A stretch of DNA of 64,000 nt from Sphyrna mokarran (GCA_024679065.1 JAGIQG010000003.1:61628001-61692000), one strand, 5' to 3'; numbered from the stretch's first letter, positions 23,901 to 38,079 are shown. Notes: generated by a model from the sequence alone, not told the origin. Numbers and translations are program-made.

Positions 23901-26127
23901 GCAAAAACTCTCACTCATGCTTTTGTCACCTCCAGACTCGGCTATTCCACTTCTTTTTCTGGCCAGTCATACATCCTCTGCCTTTCATATGCTTTAAACC
24001 CACCCACAACTATGCTGCCCATACTCCACCCCACAACCTTGTGTCAAATCCTTTCACAGTTTTGTTTTCCTTATGTTACATATGCTTAACAATTTCAAGT
24101 TGATGAGTTGTCTTTATACATGTACATAATGTGCTGACTAGTTCTATCAGTTGCACTATCTTTATATTAAAATGAGCTGCAGTCTTAAGACTAACACAGG
24201 ATATGAAAGTATAAGTTTGGGATTTCTGTTTCCTATTTTACACTTGACACACTGGCTGTGCATTTGCATTTGATGTACTATTTCTATTTTCATATATACT
24301 TTGTGTTTTCACCTCTTTATATGTTCTATTTGCATATTGACATTGGATGAAATGTTGTGTACTTGCTTGATGTCTCATTTGCGTGTGACCAGTTAGCAAT
24401 GATCTGTCAGTTTTATATTTCTATGTAACGTCACAACCTTATGAATGTGTACATTAACATAGGATGGCCTCCTATTTATTAAGGCTGGATCTCCCATGCG
24501 TATACTTAACCTGTGATATGCTATTTGTTAAAGTGACATGCTATCTCTATCTCTACTTTCTCTGTATTTACACCTTATTTATTAGTATATTCTTACATAA
24601 TGCACCTTCTTAGATATGTGACACAAAAAATGCATATTATCATTGTGTGCTGTCTGCATAGATTCAGGTGATATTCTGCTTGATATTAACAATATGGACT
24701 GTCATTATTCACAGTCTGTCTCAGTGCATCTTTACACATTATGTGCTCTCTCTGTGTGATGTTCCATCCCTTTATTTGCACAATGCATGCTATTTGTATA
24801 TTTACATTTGTTGTATTAGCTCAGTATTTGACACAGTTGTACTGTCAGTATGTTTATACACAGCCTGCTGTCTATATATTTACACAAGATGTACTAACAG
24901 TAGATATTTATATATGATGTGCTGCAGCTACAAAGAGTTAGCTATATGGTGGGAGAAATAGCAAATGCACTCATGGTAATTTATCAAAATTCACTGAACT
25001 CTGAGACAGTTCCAGCAGATTAGAATACAGCAAATGTGACACCACTGTTTTAAAAAAAAAAGGAGGTAGACGAAAAGGTGGGTAACTATAGGCCAGTTAG
25101 TTTAACTTCCGTAATGGGGAAAATGTTTGAATCGATCAAAGAAGAAATAGCGAGACATCCGGATAAAAGTTGCCCATTGGAAAGACACACCACGAATCCA
25201 TGGAAGTCTGGTCATGTTTAAGTAATTTACTGGCATTCTTTGAAGACATTATGAGCGCCGTGGACAATGGAGAACTGGTTAACGTGATGTATCTGGATTT
25301 CCAGAAGGCATCTGATAAGGTGTTGCACAAAAGGCTGCTGCATAAGATAAAAGTGCATGGCGTTAATATATCAACATGAATAGAGGATTGGTTAACTAAC
25401 AGAAAGCAAAGAATGGAGATAAATGGATGTACTTCTGGTTGGCAATCAGTTTCTAGTGATGTGCTTCAGGAATCAGTGTTGAGATCGCAATTATTTACAA
25501 TTTACACAGGTGATTTAGAGTTGGAGAGTTAGTGTGTCAAAGTTTGCAGATGACACTAAGATGGTGTCAGTCCAAAATATGCAGAGAACACTGAAAGTCT
25601 GCAAAGGGATGTAGGTAATTTAAGTGAGTGGGTAAGAGTCTGGTAGATGGAGTACAATGTTGGTAAATGTGAGGTCATCCATTTTGGTAGGAATAACAGC
25701 AAAATGGACTATCATGTACAGTAAAAAAATTGCAACATGCTGCTATGCAGAGCACTCAGGGTATCCTCGTGCATGAATCACAAAAAGTTGGTTTGCAGGT
25801 GCAGCAGGTAATTTAGAAGGCAAATAGAATTGCTAGAGGGGTAGAGTTTAAAAGCAGGGAAGTTATGTTGCTGCTGTACAAGGTACTGGAGAAGCCATGC
25901 CTGGAATACTGTATACAGTTTTGGCGTCCTTACTTGAGAAAGGATATACTGGCACTGGAGAGGATGTAGAGGAGATTCACTAGGTTGATTCTGAGTTGAG
26001 AGAGAGTTGGCTTATGAAAAAAGACTAAGTAGACTGGGATTATATTCATTGCAATTTAGAAGAATGAGGGGGGATCTTACAGAAACATATAAAATTATGA
26101 AAGGAATAGGTAGGATAACAGCATGTA

Positions 26128-26575
26128 CAAAGAACAAAACAGCACAGGAAACAGGCCGCTCGGCCCAATGAGCCCGCGCCGCCACCCCGATGTTCCCACC
26201 TCTCCCCGCGATCCCTGTCCATGTTTATAGATCTATGGATTAAAAACCAAATTTGAGACAATTTAGGGAGAAGTTGTTTTGCCAGTTAGCCTAAGAGCAC
26301 ATCTTTGGAATGTGGGAGGAAATTGGAGCACCCGGAGAAAACCCACACAAGCACGGGGAGAATGCGCAAATTCCCACAGACACAGGCCCAAATCCATGTA
26401 TCTGCACAGCACAGTGATAGTCACTGAGCTGTCGTGTTGTCCATCAAATGGTCCAGATCAAGCGTACACTAACGACGTGAAGCAGTAGGATACTCTCGAG
26501 AAAAAAAAAATCGAAGAGCAGCCCTCTCACGACCCATCGCGTGTATGCCCCTCGTTAGACAACAAGGTGGACCAA
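26128..26575 (-). mobile_element. Chimeric V-SINE with an extra 5' leader, inserted in the CR1
   Basis: 8-bp TSD agcatgta (26120-26127, 26576-26583), V-domain at ~26295-26385 and a CR1-like tail at the 26128 end. Confidence 0.75.
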
Positions 26576-26664
26576 AGCATGTAGGTTGTTTCCACTGGCA
26601 GGTAAAAACAGAACTTGGGGGCATAACTTCAAAATAAAGGAGAGCAGATTTATGATTGAGTTGA

Positions 26665-27133
26665 ACATAAGAAATAGAGAGAAGTAGGCCATCTAGCCCC
26701 TCGAGCCGCCCGCCATTCAATAAGATCATGGCTGATCTGAAGTGAATTAGTTCCATTTACCCGCCTGCTTCCCATAACCCTTAATTCCTTTATCAATCAG
26801 AAATTTATTTACCTGTGACTTAAACATATTTAACGAGGTAGGCTCCACCACTTCAATGGCCAGAGAATTCCAGAGATTCATTACCTTCTGACAGAAGACG
26901 TTCCTCCTTAACTCTGTACTAAACTGCACCCCCCTCCCTTATTTTGAGGCTATGTCCTCTAGTTCTGGTTTCCTTTCTAAGTGGAAAGAATCTCTCTGCA
27001 TCTACTGTATTCAGCCCCTTCACTGTCTTATATGTCTCTATAAGATCCCCCCTCAATCTTCTAAACTCCAATGAGTACAGGCCCAATCTTCTCAATCTCT
27101 CCCCAAAAGCTAACTCCCTCATCTCCGGTATCA
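26665..27133 (-). mobile_element. Younger CR1 3' fragment nested antisense in the older CR1
   Basis: Encodes RLGLYSLEFRRLRGDLIETYK...TRGHSLK; TSD agttga (26659, 27134). Confidence 0.88.
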
Positions 27134-27384
27134 AGTTGAGGATTCACCCAAAGAGCTGTGAATCTGTAGAATTCTATGCCCAGTGAAGCAGTTGAGGCTA
27201 CTTTGTTGAATATTTTTAAGGCAAAAATACGAGGAATTAAAGGTTATGATGAGCAAGTGGGTAAGTGGAATTGAGTCCATGAAAAGATTAAAAATGATCT
27301 TATTGAATGGCAGAACAGGCTCAAGGGGCCAAATGGCACTTCTGCTCCTAATTCTTATGTTCTTATGTACTCGCTGAACTGTAC

Positions 27385-27610
27385 AGGCGCTGTGTGTGCT
27401 GTGACGGTACGGGCACTGTGTGTGCTGTGACGGTACGGGCGCTGTGTGTGCTGTGACGGTACGGGCGCTGTGTGTGCTGTGACGGTACGGGCGCTGTGTG
27501 TGCTGTGACGGTACGGGTGCTGTGACGGTACGGGCGCTGTGTGTGCTGTGACAGTACGGGCGCTGTGTGTGCTGTGACAGTACGGGCGCTGTGTGTGCTG
27601 TGACGGTGCG
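27385..27610. repeat. 26-bp minisatellite, about 9 copies
   Basis: Unit tgtgtgtgctgtgacggtacgggcgc, with one shortened copy. Confidence 0.93.
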
Positions 27611-28349
27611 AGTGCTCTGAACGTGGTTCTCCTGAATATTTTGTGTGTGTCCAGGTACTCTACACTAAATTCTGTGGCTGAACCAGTATCTTGTCTTGAA
27701 TACCTTGACTGTATAGAACAGCATGTACAAAATATTGAATAATTGTACAAAACGTTTGGATAATGATCATGGATTGTGAAACCGCATGTTACTTGTATTA
27801 AAAAAATTGCATAATTCTAGAATATTCAATATACAGAATGTACAATATACCTAGGGATGGTTCTGAATACTCACTAACTATACAAAACATTCATTGTCTG
27901 CAGATCACTGACTGTGCAGAACACATACTGTTGACTTTTGATCAGAATGTTGACATGTAGATCCTTATTTAAACAATAATTTGAATTGGAGCAGTACAGC
28001 CTACCTCTGGTTGCGATCTGAAATACTGGACAAAGTGACATTGCACTAAAGTGTAAACCACAGTTATCATGAGGTTTAGCAGAGCATGCTGCAATCCGTT
28101 GTTATACCTGAAAGTAGCAAAGAACAAGCGAACCTAACACGTTAAGCACACTGCAAGTGGTTACAGGCGCTGGCAACTCCCTATTTGTTACTCAGAGTAA
28201 ATCATCCTGCCATACAGTAACTACATGGGAAATGTTTGAAAGCATTCCTGGAGTAACATTAGATTTCTTCATGTAATTTTCATCCAGTGTCGATTCCATT
28301 CAGTTTCTAATTTTTATTCATTGAAATGGAACAAATGTGACCCGTGCTT

Positions 28350-28560
28350 CAACATCTCCACAGCAGTTGCTGGTCACTGCAGACACTGCATCCCATCTAC
28401 AGCAGCTGCTGGTCAATGCGCCAGTGCGTCACTGCAATCACTGTCAGAAACTGCATCCCCATACACAGCTGATCACTGCAGCCACTGTCCGATACTGCAT
28501 CCTATCCACAGCAGCTGCTGGTCACTGCAGCCAGTGTCAGACATTGCATCAACATGCGGA
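28350..28560. repeat. Degenerate ~45-50-bp tandem repeat
   Basis: Recurrent cagcagctgctggtcactgc and cagacactgcatcc blocks. Confidence 0.7.
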
Positions 28561-30129
28561 CAACATCTGAGTTGAAAAAAGTGATTTAGCATTTAATCTT
28601 AAAAAAACCCTAAACTTAATAGCAAACAGATGACTATGACTTCTGAGAAAATTATGCTGTTTCTTCCTGTCTGTCCCCAGGGATGGAAGAAATTTTTTAT
28701 GGAAGAGCCACTTCCTGAACAGTATTTTAGAGGCCAGTTGTTCAGGTTTCAGGCTGTGTTCAGTACTGTAACATCAGGGCACTGTGACCCCATACATTAC
28801 TGTTCTCAGAGGTGCTCAAACTAATTCAGAACAGGAGCATAACAGTGGTTCAATATCATGTATAAGTAAGAAAGCCTGAGGAAATGAACCCCATCATCAT
28901 CATTTAGAGAAATAAAGGAGTCAGGGCTTGATGGTTTGTATCTTGAAGGAATGGTGCCAGGGAGTTTTACACAACCAGCAACCTTGCACTTGAGCAGACG
29001 AACGAGGTGTCATTTAAAGAGCAGCTATTTGTACTCGAGGTTTAGCAAGGCCATTTGTTGTGAAGACTGCTGACTGGATAGAGAGGAAAATGACTAGATT
29101 GGAGATTGAGTTCAGATCACATTAATGGCATATTATCCTAAGGACAGGATGGAGTTGAAAGTTATTGGATTGAGCCAAAAAAAAGCAAAATAAATGGGAT
29201 GAGTGCAGTCCTCTCGTTCCTGTCTTTTTTTTGCAGGCATTTGAAGTTTTACTGCAGAACTCTTCCAGATTACAATGATTATTGTGTTCACTTAGATAAT
29301 TCAATGCTTATATCACAAAGAATTGATCATTTGCTCAGTTTTCTGACAGTTATGTTCCTGATATGGTGTCAGAGTGTAGAGCTTCTAACAATGCTAAATA
29401 AATTGTGTTGGTTCAAAAACACTTTGTTAAATAGTAAATATTTATTCAACACATTTCCTGTTCCTTGATTTTAAAAATTGAATTACTGCTTCTTCTAATG
29501 CAACATATTTTGCAGGGCAATGGAAGTAGAGAGTGATAAGTAGGACTAATTGCCTGAAACTTTCAGAGCCCAAGGCATAGTTACCTGAATGGTTGTCTCC
29601 TGGTACTTTGTGACTCAATGATTCAGTGCAGCCATTTTCAACAAGCACTAGGTGGCATTACACTTTCACTTGCACACACTGCTCAGCACCTGACCAGAAA
29701 CAGGAAGATGGTACCAGTTACTATCCTCCCAAGTATTTATAAGTTAACAACAGAATATGTAAAGCTCCCAGTAACTCCAATGTACTGCAGTTTCTAGTGT
29801 GGTTAAGGTTATTTCAATACTTATCCCCAGATGAGGTTCCCTTATCACCTCTAACATTAATTTATGTCGTGAAGGGTTTCTTTGAAGAAGGAACATTTAT
29901 TTTAAAATTTCTCCAGTTTGATTTATTACGTGCCTAAAGATGACCTCAGTAAGAATTCAGCTGTTGAATGCAGAGCAAGGCTATACAGGGATTTCATTTA
30001 AGGCAATATGGCAGATAAGGTTTTCAATTGAACTGCAGACTTGGCAGGCCGAAAGGTTTGTTCCTGTGATGTACTGCTCTTTGTTTTTTGTTGTACAATC
30101 GAGGTGCCTGAATGCAACATTTTGAACTG

Positions 30130-30645
30130 TACAACCCTGGGATAGACTATTGGTGAGCATTAGTCTTGCTGTGTGATACTAGAGGACTGTATGGTACAAA
30201 TCTGTGTAACACTGGAGGGACCATATGTGTACAAATCTGTCACTGCAATGCTAGGAGAACAAGTCCAGATGCACACTTGTCACTGCAGATCTGTTACTGT
30301 CAAACATGACAGGGCAATATGAGTACAAGTTTGGTCATTGTATAATCCTGGAAGACAATATGGATCCAGATGTGTCACCATATAGCAAGCAGTACCATTC
30401 TGATCAGTACCACTCTTTTGATGTATATGGCACTATAGTGCAGGCATAGTGGATAGAGCTCTGTCACTATTTAACACTACAGTGCAATGCTGATGAGTAT
30501 TGATCTGTCACTGTATAACACTATAGTGCAGTGCTAGTGGGTACAGGTTTTTCATTCTATAATATGACAGTAAAATGCTGGTGGGTACTGTTCTATCACA
30601 GTGTGATAATGCTGTGCTTGTGGGTACAGGGCTGTCATTATATGA
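30130..30645. repeat. Old ~44-bp degenerate satellite, left half
   Basis: Recurrent ctgtcactgtataacact...gtgctggtgggtaca. Confidence 0.65.
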
Positions 30646-30649
30646 GAAT

Positions 30650-32790
30650 TATGAACAGAAGTAGGCAACTTAGCTGCTTGAGTTACTCTGCCGTTTTAAT
30701 ACAATCATTATAGAATCCGCTATATATAATTATATCTCCACTTACCTGCCCCATCACCATAGCCCTTCAAACCCCTACTAATTAAAAATCTGTCAATCTC
30801 TTCTTTAAATTTACTCCATGTCCTGGCATTCACCACGTTCTAGGGTGGTGAATTCCAAGGACTCAGGAACCTTTGAGAGAAGTAATTTTTTCTCATCCCT
30901 ATTTTAAATCTGCCCCTCCTTATCCTAAAACTATGACGTCTTGTTCTAGTTCCCCTTACTAGGGGGAACATCTTCTTGTCTACTTTGTCAATCCCCTTTA
31001 ACATCTTATATATCTCAATTAGATTCCCTCTCATTCTTCTAAACTCCACGGAGTATAAACCTATTCTGCTCAATCTCTCTGCTTAAGCCAAACCCCTCAT
31101 CTCTGGCATCAATCTAATGAGCTTCTGCTGAACTGCCTCCAATGCAAACTACACCCCTCAAGTAAGGGGACTAAAGCTTTCCACAATATTCAAAGACTGG
31201 TTTCACTAATGCTTTCTACAGTAGCAGCAATACTTCACTACTTTTATGCATATTCCTTTAGCAATAAATGCCATGATTTCATTTGCGTTCTTTTCTGTAC
31301 CTACATACTAGTTTTCTATGATTCTTGCATGAGAACACCCTGATCTCTCTGCACCAAAGCATTATGAGCTTTTTTTCCATTTAAATCATTTGGTTTTGTA
31401 TTTTTCCTACCAAAATGGATAACCTCTCACTTACCTACATGAAACTCCATCTGCCACATTTTGCTCCATTCACATAACCTATCTATATTTATTTCTAAAT
31501 TTCTTATTTCATTTTCACAACTTACTATCCCACGTATTTTAGTGTCATCTGCAAATTTTGCATTGTACCTACTATCTCTGAATCCGAGTCATTACTATAG
31601 ATTATAAGTAATTGGGGCTTGAGGGCTGAACCCTGTAGCAGCACTAGTTATATTTTGCCAACCTGAGAAAGATCCATTTATTCCAACTCTGCCTTCTGCT
31701 GGTTAGCCAATCCTCTATCCTGCAAGGTAATAAATTACCCCTAATCCCATATGAATGAAGATTGTGGATTAGCCTTTTGTGTGGCACTTATCAAATGCCT
31801 TCTGAAAATCCAGATATATTACACCTACACCTACACTATTGATTTTGCTTGTTACATCTTCAAAGAGCTCGAGAAAATTAATCAAACATGATTTACCCTT
31901 CATAAAACTGTGCTGACTCTGATGGATTGCATTTTGAGTTTCTAAATGTCCTATTATTACTTCCTTTATAATGGATTGAAACAATTCCCCAACAACAGAT
32001 GTTAAACTAATTGGCCTATAGTTTCCTACATTTTGCCACCCTCTCTTTTTGAGTAAGGGTGTTATTATCATTTTTCCAATGCACTGGAACCATTCGGCAT
32101 TCAGGGAATCCACTATCTCCAGTGCCACTTCCTTTCAGACCCTGGGATATGGGCCATCAGGCCCTTGCCTGCCTTAATCCCAGTAGTTTGCTCAGTACTT
32201 TTACCCTAGTGGTGATAACAGTTCTAAGTTCCTCCCTTTCTTTAACATCTGCATTTTTTGATAATAACCATGCCCTCCACTGTCAAAATTGAGGTAAAAT
32301 ATTCATTTGGTGTCTCAGCCATTTCTGCGTTCCCCACTATTAACAACCCAGTCTCCTTCCAATGGACCAACATTTGCTTTAGCTCCTCTCTGTATACTTA
32401 TAGACCTTTTACTGTCTGTTTTTATATTTTGCATTTGTTTTCTTTCATAATTTACCTTTGCTCTTTTTACTACTTTTCTAGTGACCCTTTGTTGATCTTT
32501 GAAAGCTTCCCAATTTTCCAATGTGCCACAGATCTCTGTAACTTGGTATATACCTTCATTTTTGACTTTGTGTTATCCTTAACTTCCTTGATTAGCCATG
32601 GAAGTCTTTCACCTTAGTTGGATGGACTTGAATATCTCCTTAACTATCTGCCACTGTTCATCAACTGTCCTCTTACCCAGCCCATTAGGGCCAAATCTGT
32701 CTTCATGTCTATGTAATTTCCTTTGTTTAATTCCAGAATACTACTGTGAGACTCGATTTTTCACCCACAAACTAACTTTAAAATTCTAAC
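30650..32790 (-). mobile_element. CR1 ORF2 fragment (~2.1 kb)
   Basis: Encodes GNYRPISLTSVVG, SQHSFMKGKSCLINFLELF, YLDFQKAFDK and RRMRGNLIEIYK. Confidence 0.92.
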
Positions 32791-32794
32791 TTGC

Positions 32795-33110
32795 TATGAT
32801 CACTGTATAACATATAGTGCAGAACTGGTGGATACAGGTCTTGTCACCGTATAACACACCAGTTGTGTACTTGTGATTACAGGCCTGTCACTGTATAATA
32901 CTGCAATGCAATGCTGGTACTACAGAGCCGTCACAGTGTAATGCTGTGGCATAGTCCTGATTGGTCCAGATCCATCACTGCATAACGCTGCAGTGCAGTA
33001 CTGGTGGCTGTAAATCTATTGCTGCGTAGTAATAGGGCAAGATGTTCGTGAATGTAGATATGTCTCTGTTTAATTCTCTAAACTAGTGCAGATCTGTCAC
33101 TAGTGATGAT
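32795..33110. repeat. Old ~44-bp degenerate satellite, right half
   Basis: Same tcactgtataaca...ctggtggatacagg unit as 30130-30645. Confidence 0.65.
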
Positions 33111-35284
33111 CATCCTGTTGGAAATAGTTTGATGTAATGATCCAATTTGCAACGAGTGCTTGCACAGCATTTTGACATGTTAGTTTCCACTATCTAATTA
33201 GCTTATGATTTTTCATGTGTTATGGTTGGATTAGTTCACTTGAGCTCAGTTGCATGTGTAGATTGACCAGCACTAATACCTAACCAGTGTAATCATTATT
33301 CAGTCTTTCCCTCAAATAGAAAAGAGGGGAATTGTGCTGCTAATGTTGGAAAACTGTGAGCCCCAACTGCTGGGCCAGGCACTGAACATTTAACTATTGT
33401 GATAAGTGATCCTGACCCATTTGACTAATTAGCACATCTGAAGTAGAGTTTTAAGGAGCACAGTGAATGTGCAGCTTTGATATGAGGCATCTGTATGGAT
33501 ACATGAATAGAGAGATATGGACCAAGTAAGGGCAGAAGGTTTTTTCAGTTTAGTTTTAGCATCGTGATTAGCATAGACTTGGAGGGCCCATATTGTACTT
33601 TCCTTTGTTCTTTGAATGGATACAAAGTGAGGTGCAGCTGTTGTATATTTGACCATCATCCATAAGCCCAAAGGGGCAGTAGCAGTAAATCAGTCCTGAG
33701 TACTGTGCTGCCATGTTGCAGACATTTCTGCAGTCTCCTTTTCTGACCCAGTTCAGCCGAAAGCAATTTGCTGCTTTTAAAAAAAATCTTCTTTTAGACA
33801 TTCCCAGATGAAAAAACATTTCTGTCTTTTCCTATTCTCACTTTATGATTCAGAGAAATTGGCTAATGTGCCACCCACATGATGACCTTTTCATTTTATG
33901 ATTCTTGGCAATTTCTAGAGCAATTGGTAACATCCAGAAATCCTGCCTGGAGAAACTCCAGGGTTCAGTTAAGCATGTGGCTCTGAAAACAAGAAAAGAA
34001 GCTACCCTTATACCCTTCTGCCATTTCTGTTTTAATCAAAACAAACTTCTGTTAAGAACAACAAACAGTTATTTAGTGCCTTTAATGAAATAAAAATATC
34101 TCAAGATTATCAGGTAAAATTTGTCACTGGCCCACATGAGAAGATATCAAGACAGGTGGCTCAAAACTGAAAGAGATGAGTTTTAAGGAACATCTTAGAG
34201 AAGGAGAAAAAAGGTGAAAATTCCAGAGCTCAGAGTCTAGGCAGCCAAAAAGTGAGTTTGACTCAGGTGAGACTGAGTCCCCTTGAAGTCAATGGTGAAT
34301 CCCAGCTCTTCATTATTCATTGGTGACATATCCATTTAAGAGATGCATTTCCCCTAACACAGTGGCATTCCTTCTGTTCATGAGGGAGATGCAAATAGGC
34401 CTTTTGAATATGAGGGATGCGAACAGCCTTATTGTAAAAATAGTCCTGACGGAACACTTGAGGAAGATATGGAGATACAAATATTTAAATTGACATTGTA
34501 TTAAAACCATCTTCAGGCTGAATGTGGAAAGATTATTCAGCTTTAGTTTTGGAACCTTTTCATCTAGAAAAGGTGAAGGACAGAAGCAAACAGTCCATTT
34601 CAAGCATTGACAAATCTTTGCTGATGGCGGAAGAGGCCCAATCTTTGAAAGGCAAGTTCGGCCACAAATGGCACTTCTGAATCTACCTTGGGTTGTTTTT
34701 GGCATTGGCATGTGTTGCCAAGTCACTGGAGCCATTAGTCATCATGGTGACACATGCCAGCTCCCAGGAAGTATTACCATTTTTTTTATATCAGGCAGTG
34801 ACACCTAGGTGTGATAATGTGTAAAGTTTTCATAAAATCTGTCCTTGAGTTTGGGCATTAAAACAGTGGTCATCATCTGGCTCCAGCTAGTTCATCATAG
34901 AGAACGATCTTGGGTATATGACCATTTACCATTCTGCAAACGTACTTGAGCCAACAAAGGCATTTTTGTTTTATGAGCATGAACAAAATTGGGAGCTCTG
35001 CCTTTAAAGGACTGCGCTTTCGTGATTTTGACCTGCCAGGATACATCCATAATGTACTAAAGATGGAAATTAATAATTAATTACTTCATTCTTAAGATTA
35101 AATACTTTGTCCCATGACTATGTTTTCTTGATGTTTTATAGTCAGGGAAAACCAGCTTCAAGTGTAGGAGAGGTGTATCCATGGATCCTTGTAGCTGAAT
35201 TTTCATGTAGATGTCTAGTGCAGCCTCATCAGCAAGAGATTAGGGCGTTATGTGTTTTTAGGTTTGCTTTCAGTTTTCACAAAC

Positions 35285-35595
35285 AGGGCAGCAGAATGAT
35301 ATAGTATTTAACACAGCTGCTTCACAGCACCTGGAACCCAGATTTGATTCCCGGCTTGGGTCATTGTCTGTGCAGAGTCTGCACATTCTCTCCATGTCTG
35401 CACTCATGACTCCTCTGGGTGCTCTGGTCTCCTTCCACAATTCGAAAGACATGCTGTTTAAGTGCATTGGCCATGCTAAATTCTCCTTCAGTGCACCTGA
35501 ATAAGTGCCAGATTGTTTCAATTAGGGGATTTTCTCAGTAATTTCATTGCAATGTTAATGAATGCCTACTAGTGATGCTAATAAATAAACTTTAT
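35285..35595 (+). mobile_element. HE1/V-SINE
   Basis: gattcccggcttgggtcattgtctgtgcagagtctgcacattctc...ataaataaacttt. Confidence 0.85.
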
Positions 35596-35639
35596 TTATA
35601 AATTGTCAGCATGTCATATGCAAGTAGATTACTTCCATG

Positions 35640-37500
35640 TCTTAAATGAAGCCAAAAATCAGCAGCATGGAGAAGAAAACACCAAACAGACTGGGCGCTA
35701 GGACACAGCCCTGTTTCACTCCATTCTTCCTTCCGAAATTGTCAAAAGTGGAGCCATCGAACTGTACAATCCAGTACTTGTTGCCATGGAAGGAGTGGAT
35801 CTAACTGTGGAGCTTATTGGACGGCCAATTTCCAACGAAATCTTGTGAAATCCTGCTCTGCTGTTGATGTTAAATTCATTAATGAGATCTACAAAAATAA
35901 GTAAAGTATATCCTGTTCGCTATGCTTCTCTTGTAGCTGGCGAATGGAGATCATGGGAGATGTCTGTCTCACAGGAATACTTCTCAGTGTTCAACCTAGC
36001 GGAACTTCTGTTTACTTTTTTTGGTGAATACTTCACTATCTGCCCATTTCAGAGGACAATTTTGGTGATTGAGGGCCAAGCATCCTCTTGATCCTTTCAT
36101 ATACAGCTCACAGATTTCTGTTGTCACAGGCAGTTTGGATTTCTTGATACAATTTGGTCCTTTGTTTTTTTGCATGTAGCTTTGCGGTTTTGGCTACTTT
36201 CAGATCATTCAGTGTTTTAAATGTTGAGTTGCTGTTGTGCATCATGGAAGCTTTGTTTTTTGCATTAATGTCAGATATCATCTCAGCTTATCAGGTCTCA
36301 AACTGGCAATGTTGCAGGTTCCACCTTCATCAAGTCATGCGCCTGATTGAATTAAGTACTTCCAAGCTTCATCAATGTCAGTATTTGCCCTTGCTGTTAA
36401 AACTTCTGTGAGTAGCATTATTCTAGAGACTACACAAAGTGCTGGTATTTGTATCGTTGCCTGTCCGAGGAATGTTTGTGCATGGCATACCATTGCATTT
36501 GGAGCTGTGAAACTTTAAGTGTTGCAACTGCACTCTGCAGTATTGTAATCAGGTATGGATGTGGAGAACACTGGCAGATCATGCTTTCTTATGATGATTA
36601 GATCTAGTTCATATCGATATCCAGAACCTGGATGATGCCATGATAACTTGTAGTGGTGGCTAACCTTGAAGAAAGTGTTGGTGACAGAGTTCGTTTTAGG
36701 CACAAAGCTCAAGAAGATGTTGTCTTGTTGTTAACCTTGTTCACCCCATGTTGACCATCAGTCACTGTCTGCCCCAAAACATGAATTGAATTCACCCAGG
36801 ATGAATAGCCTCTCATCATTTGTAATGTCCCTTGGAATGCCATCTAGGGAGTCATAGAAATGTTTATTATCTATGCGATGCTGCTATACAGAATTGGTAT
36901 GTAGGCACAAGTGATGTTGACTGCACTTAATCAGATGAGCCACAGGGAGATGAGACACTCCAAGGTTACTCAATTGACCATATCTAGCAGTTGGTCACTG
37001 TGAACCCTACACTATGCTCACATAGGTTTTCACTGCTCTTTCTATGCCTGTAGAAGATGTAATTAGGCTCTACGATTGAGCCTGTATTAGCTCTCCTGGT
37101 TTCTTTTAGAGCAGCATTGTTGACACCAAGCTTGTATAGCTCACACTTAATCAGGCCCATGTTACTTACACACTGTTCATGCCAAGGAACCTTATCTTCA
37201 AAATTCAGCTTCCAAGCCTAAAGGTAACCTTCCTTTGTTGGCCGCCAAGCCTGGTTGTAGGAAGTGCAGACTTGCCTAGCACTTGTAACCCCTTTCTTCC
37301 CAACTTTATAGGTTAGTATCCAGGGGAAAGCTTACGTGTCTGCCCTATTCATTTGTAGGAGTTGCTGGAAGTTGCTAACTAGAGGGAAACCCAACCATCT
37401 AATGGGACTCCAGATTTTGTGTTATGTTTACTCCCTTAACCATTAACCCTTGTTGTTAGTGTTGAAAGGCACTAACCAGCAGATCTCAGGTTGCCACAAA
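35640..37500 (-). mobile_element. Decayed RTE-clade LINE (AP endonuclease and start of RT)
   Basis: Encodes VTNTFFK...KLSWHHPGSG...LDLIII and a minus-strand LGEFN motif near 36790, typical of RTE endonucleases. Confidence 0.7.
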
Positions 37501-38079
37501 TGTAGACGTGATCTTGTCCTCTAAGTGTACCATTCCTTTGCCATTTCACAGCAATCAGTCTGTCATCTTGGATGTGTGGCAACAAAACCCAGCGTAACAG
37601 ATAACGCTCCTCAATAGCGTCCCACCTTGGCAAATCAAGTTAAACTAATCACCCTTACTAAAATCAGCACTCAATAATTCAACCCCTCAGTTACGCCCGG
37701 TCCCCGCGCATCCCCCGCCCCACCCCAACTGGTCACTTTGGCACTTAAGCCTTCCAATACAGTGATAAATCCCTCAAGAATTACTGAGTAAACCTCTCAC
37801 CACAACTCTAAATCCCCACAATGATCCCCACCACACCAATAACTCCCCCTACCCACACAATTAAAACTCACTGTCACTAAATCCACCAAATAAACTCATC
37901 GCAGCAATCTCCCTCCACAAAACCCTCACCAGAGCACTTAAATCTTTCAAAAATATCTTCTCACTGACAGAAAGTCCCCTTGAAAGAAAGTAAAGGACCT
38001 TCATTATGATCCTGGACATCCCCATTTAGGTCCTTGTTCAGTGTTAAAACCAGATAAGGACAAAAAGATCGCTGGATCC

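Larger units (their letters stand above)
24965..27365 (+). mobile_element. CR1 ORF2 RT + 3' end, decayed, with two nested insertions
   Basis: GNYRPVSLTS, YLDFQKASDKVLHKRLL, KFADDTK and a ttcttatgttcttatg tail. Confidence 0.9.

Noticed and set aside
27355-27750. 131-aa His/Thr-rich ORF
   Set aside because: It is a translation of the 26-bp minisatellite.
34300-34830. Possible enhancer (octamer ATGCAAAT, NFI-like half sites)
   Set aside because: Short motifs like these are expected by chance, the NFI spacing is wrong and no conservation data are available.
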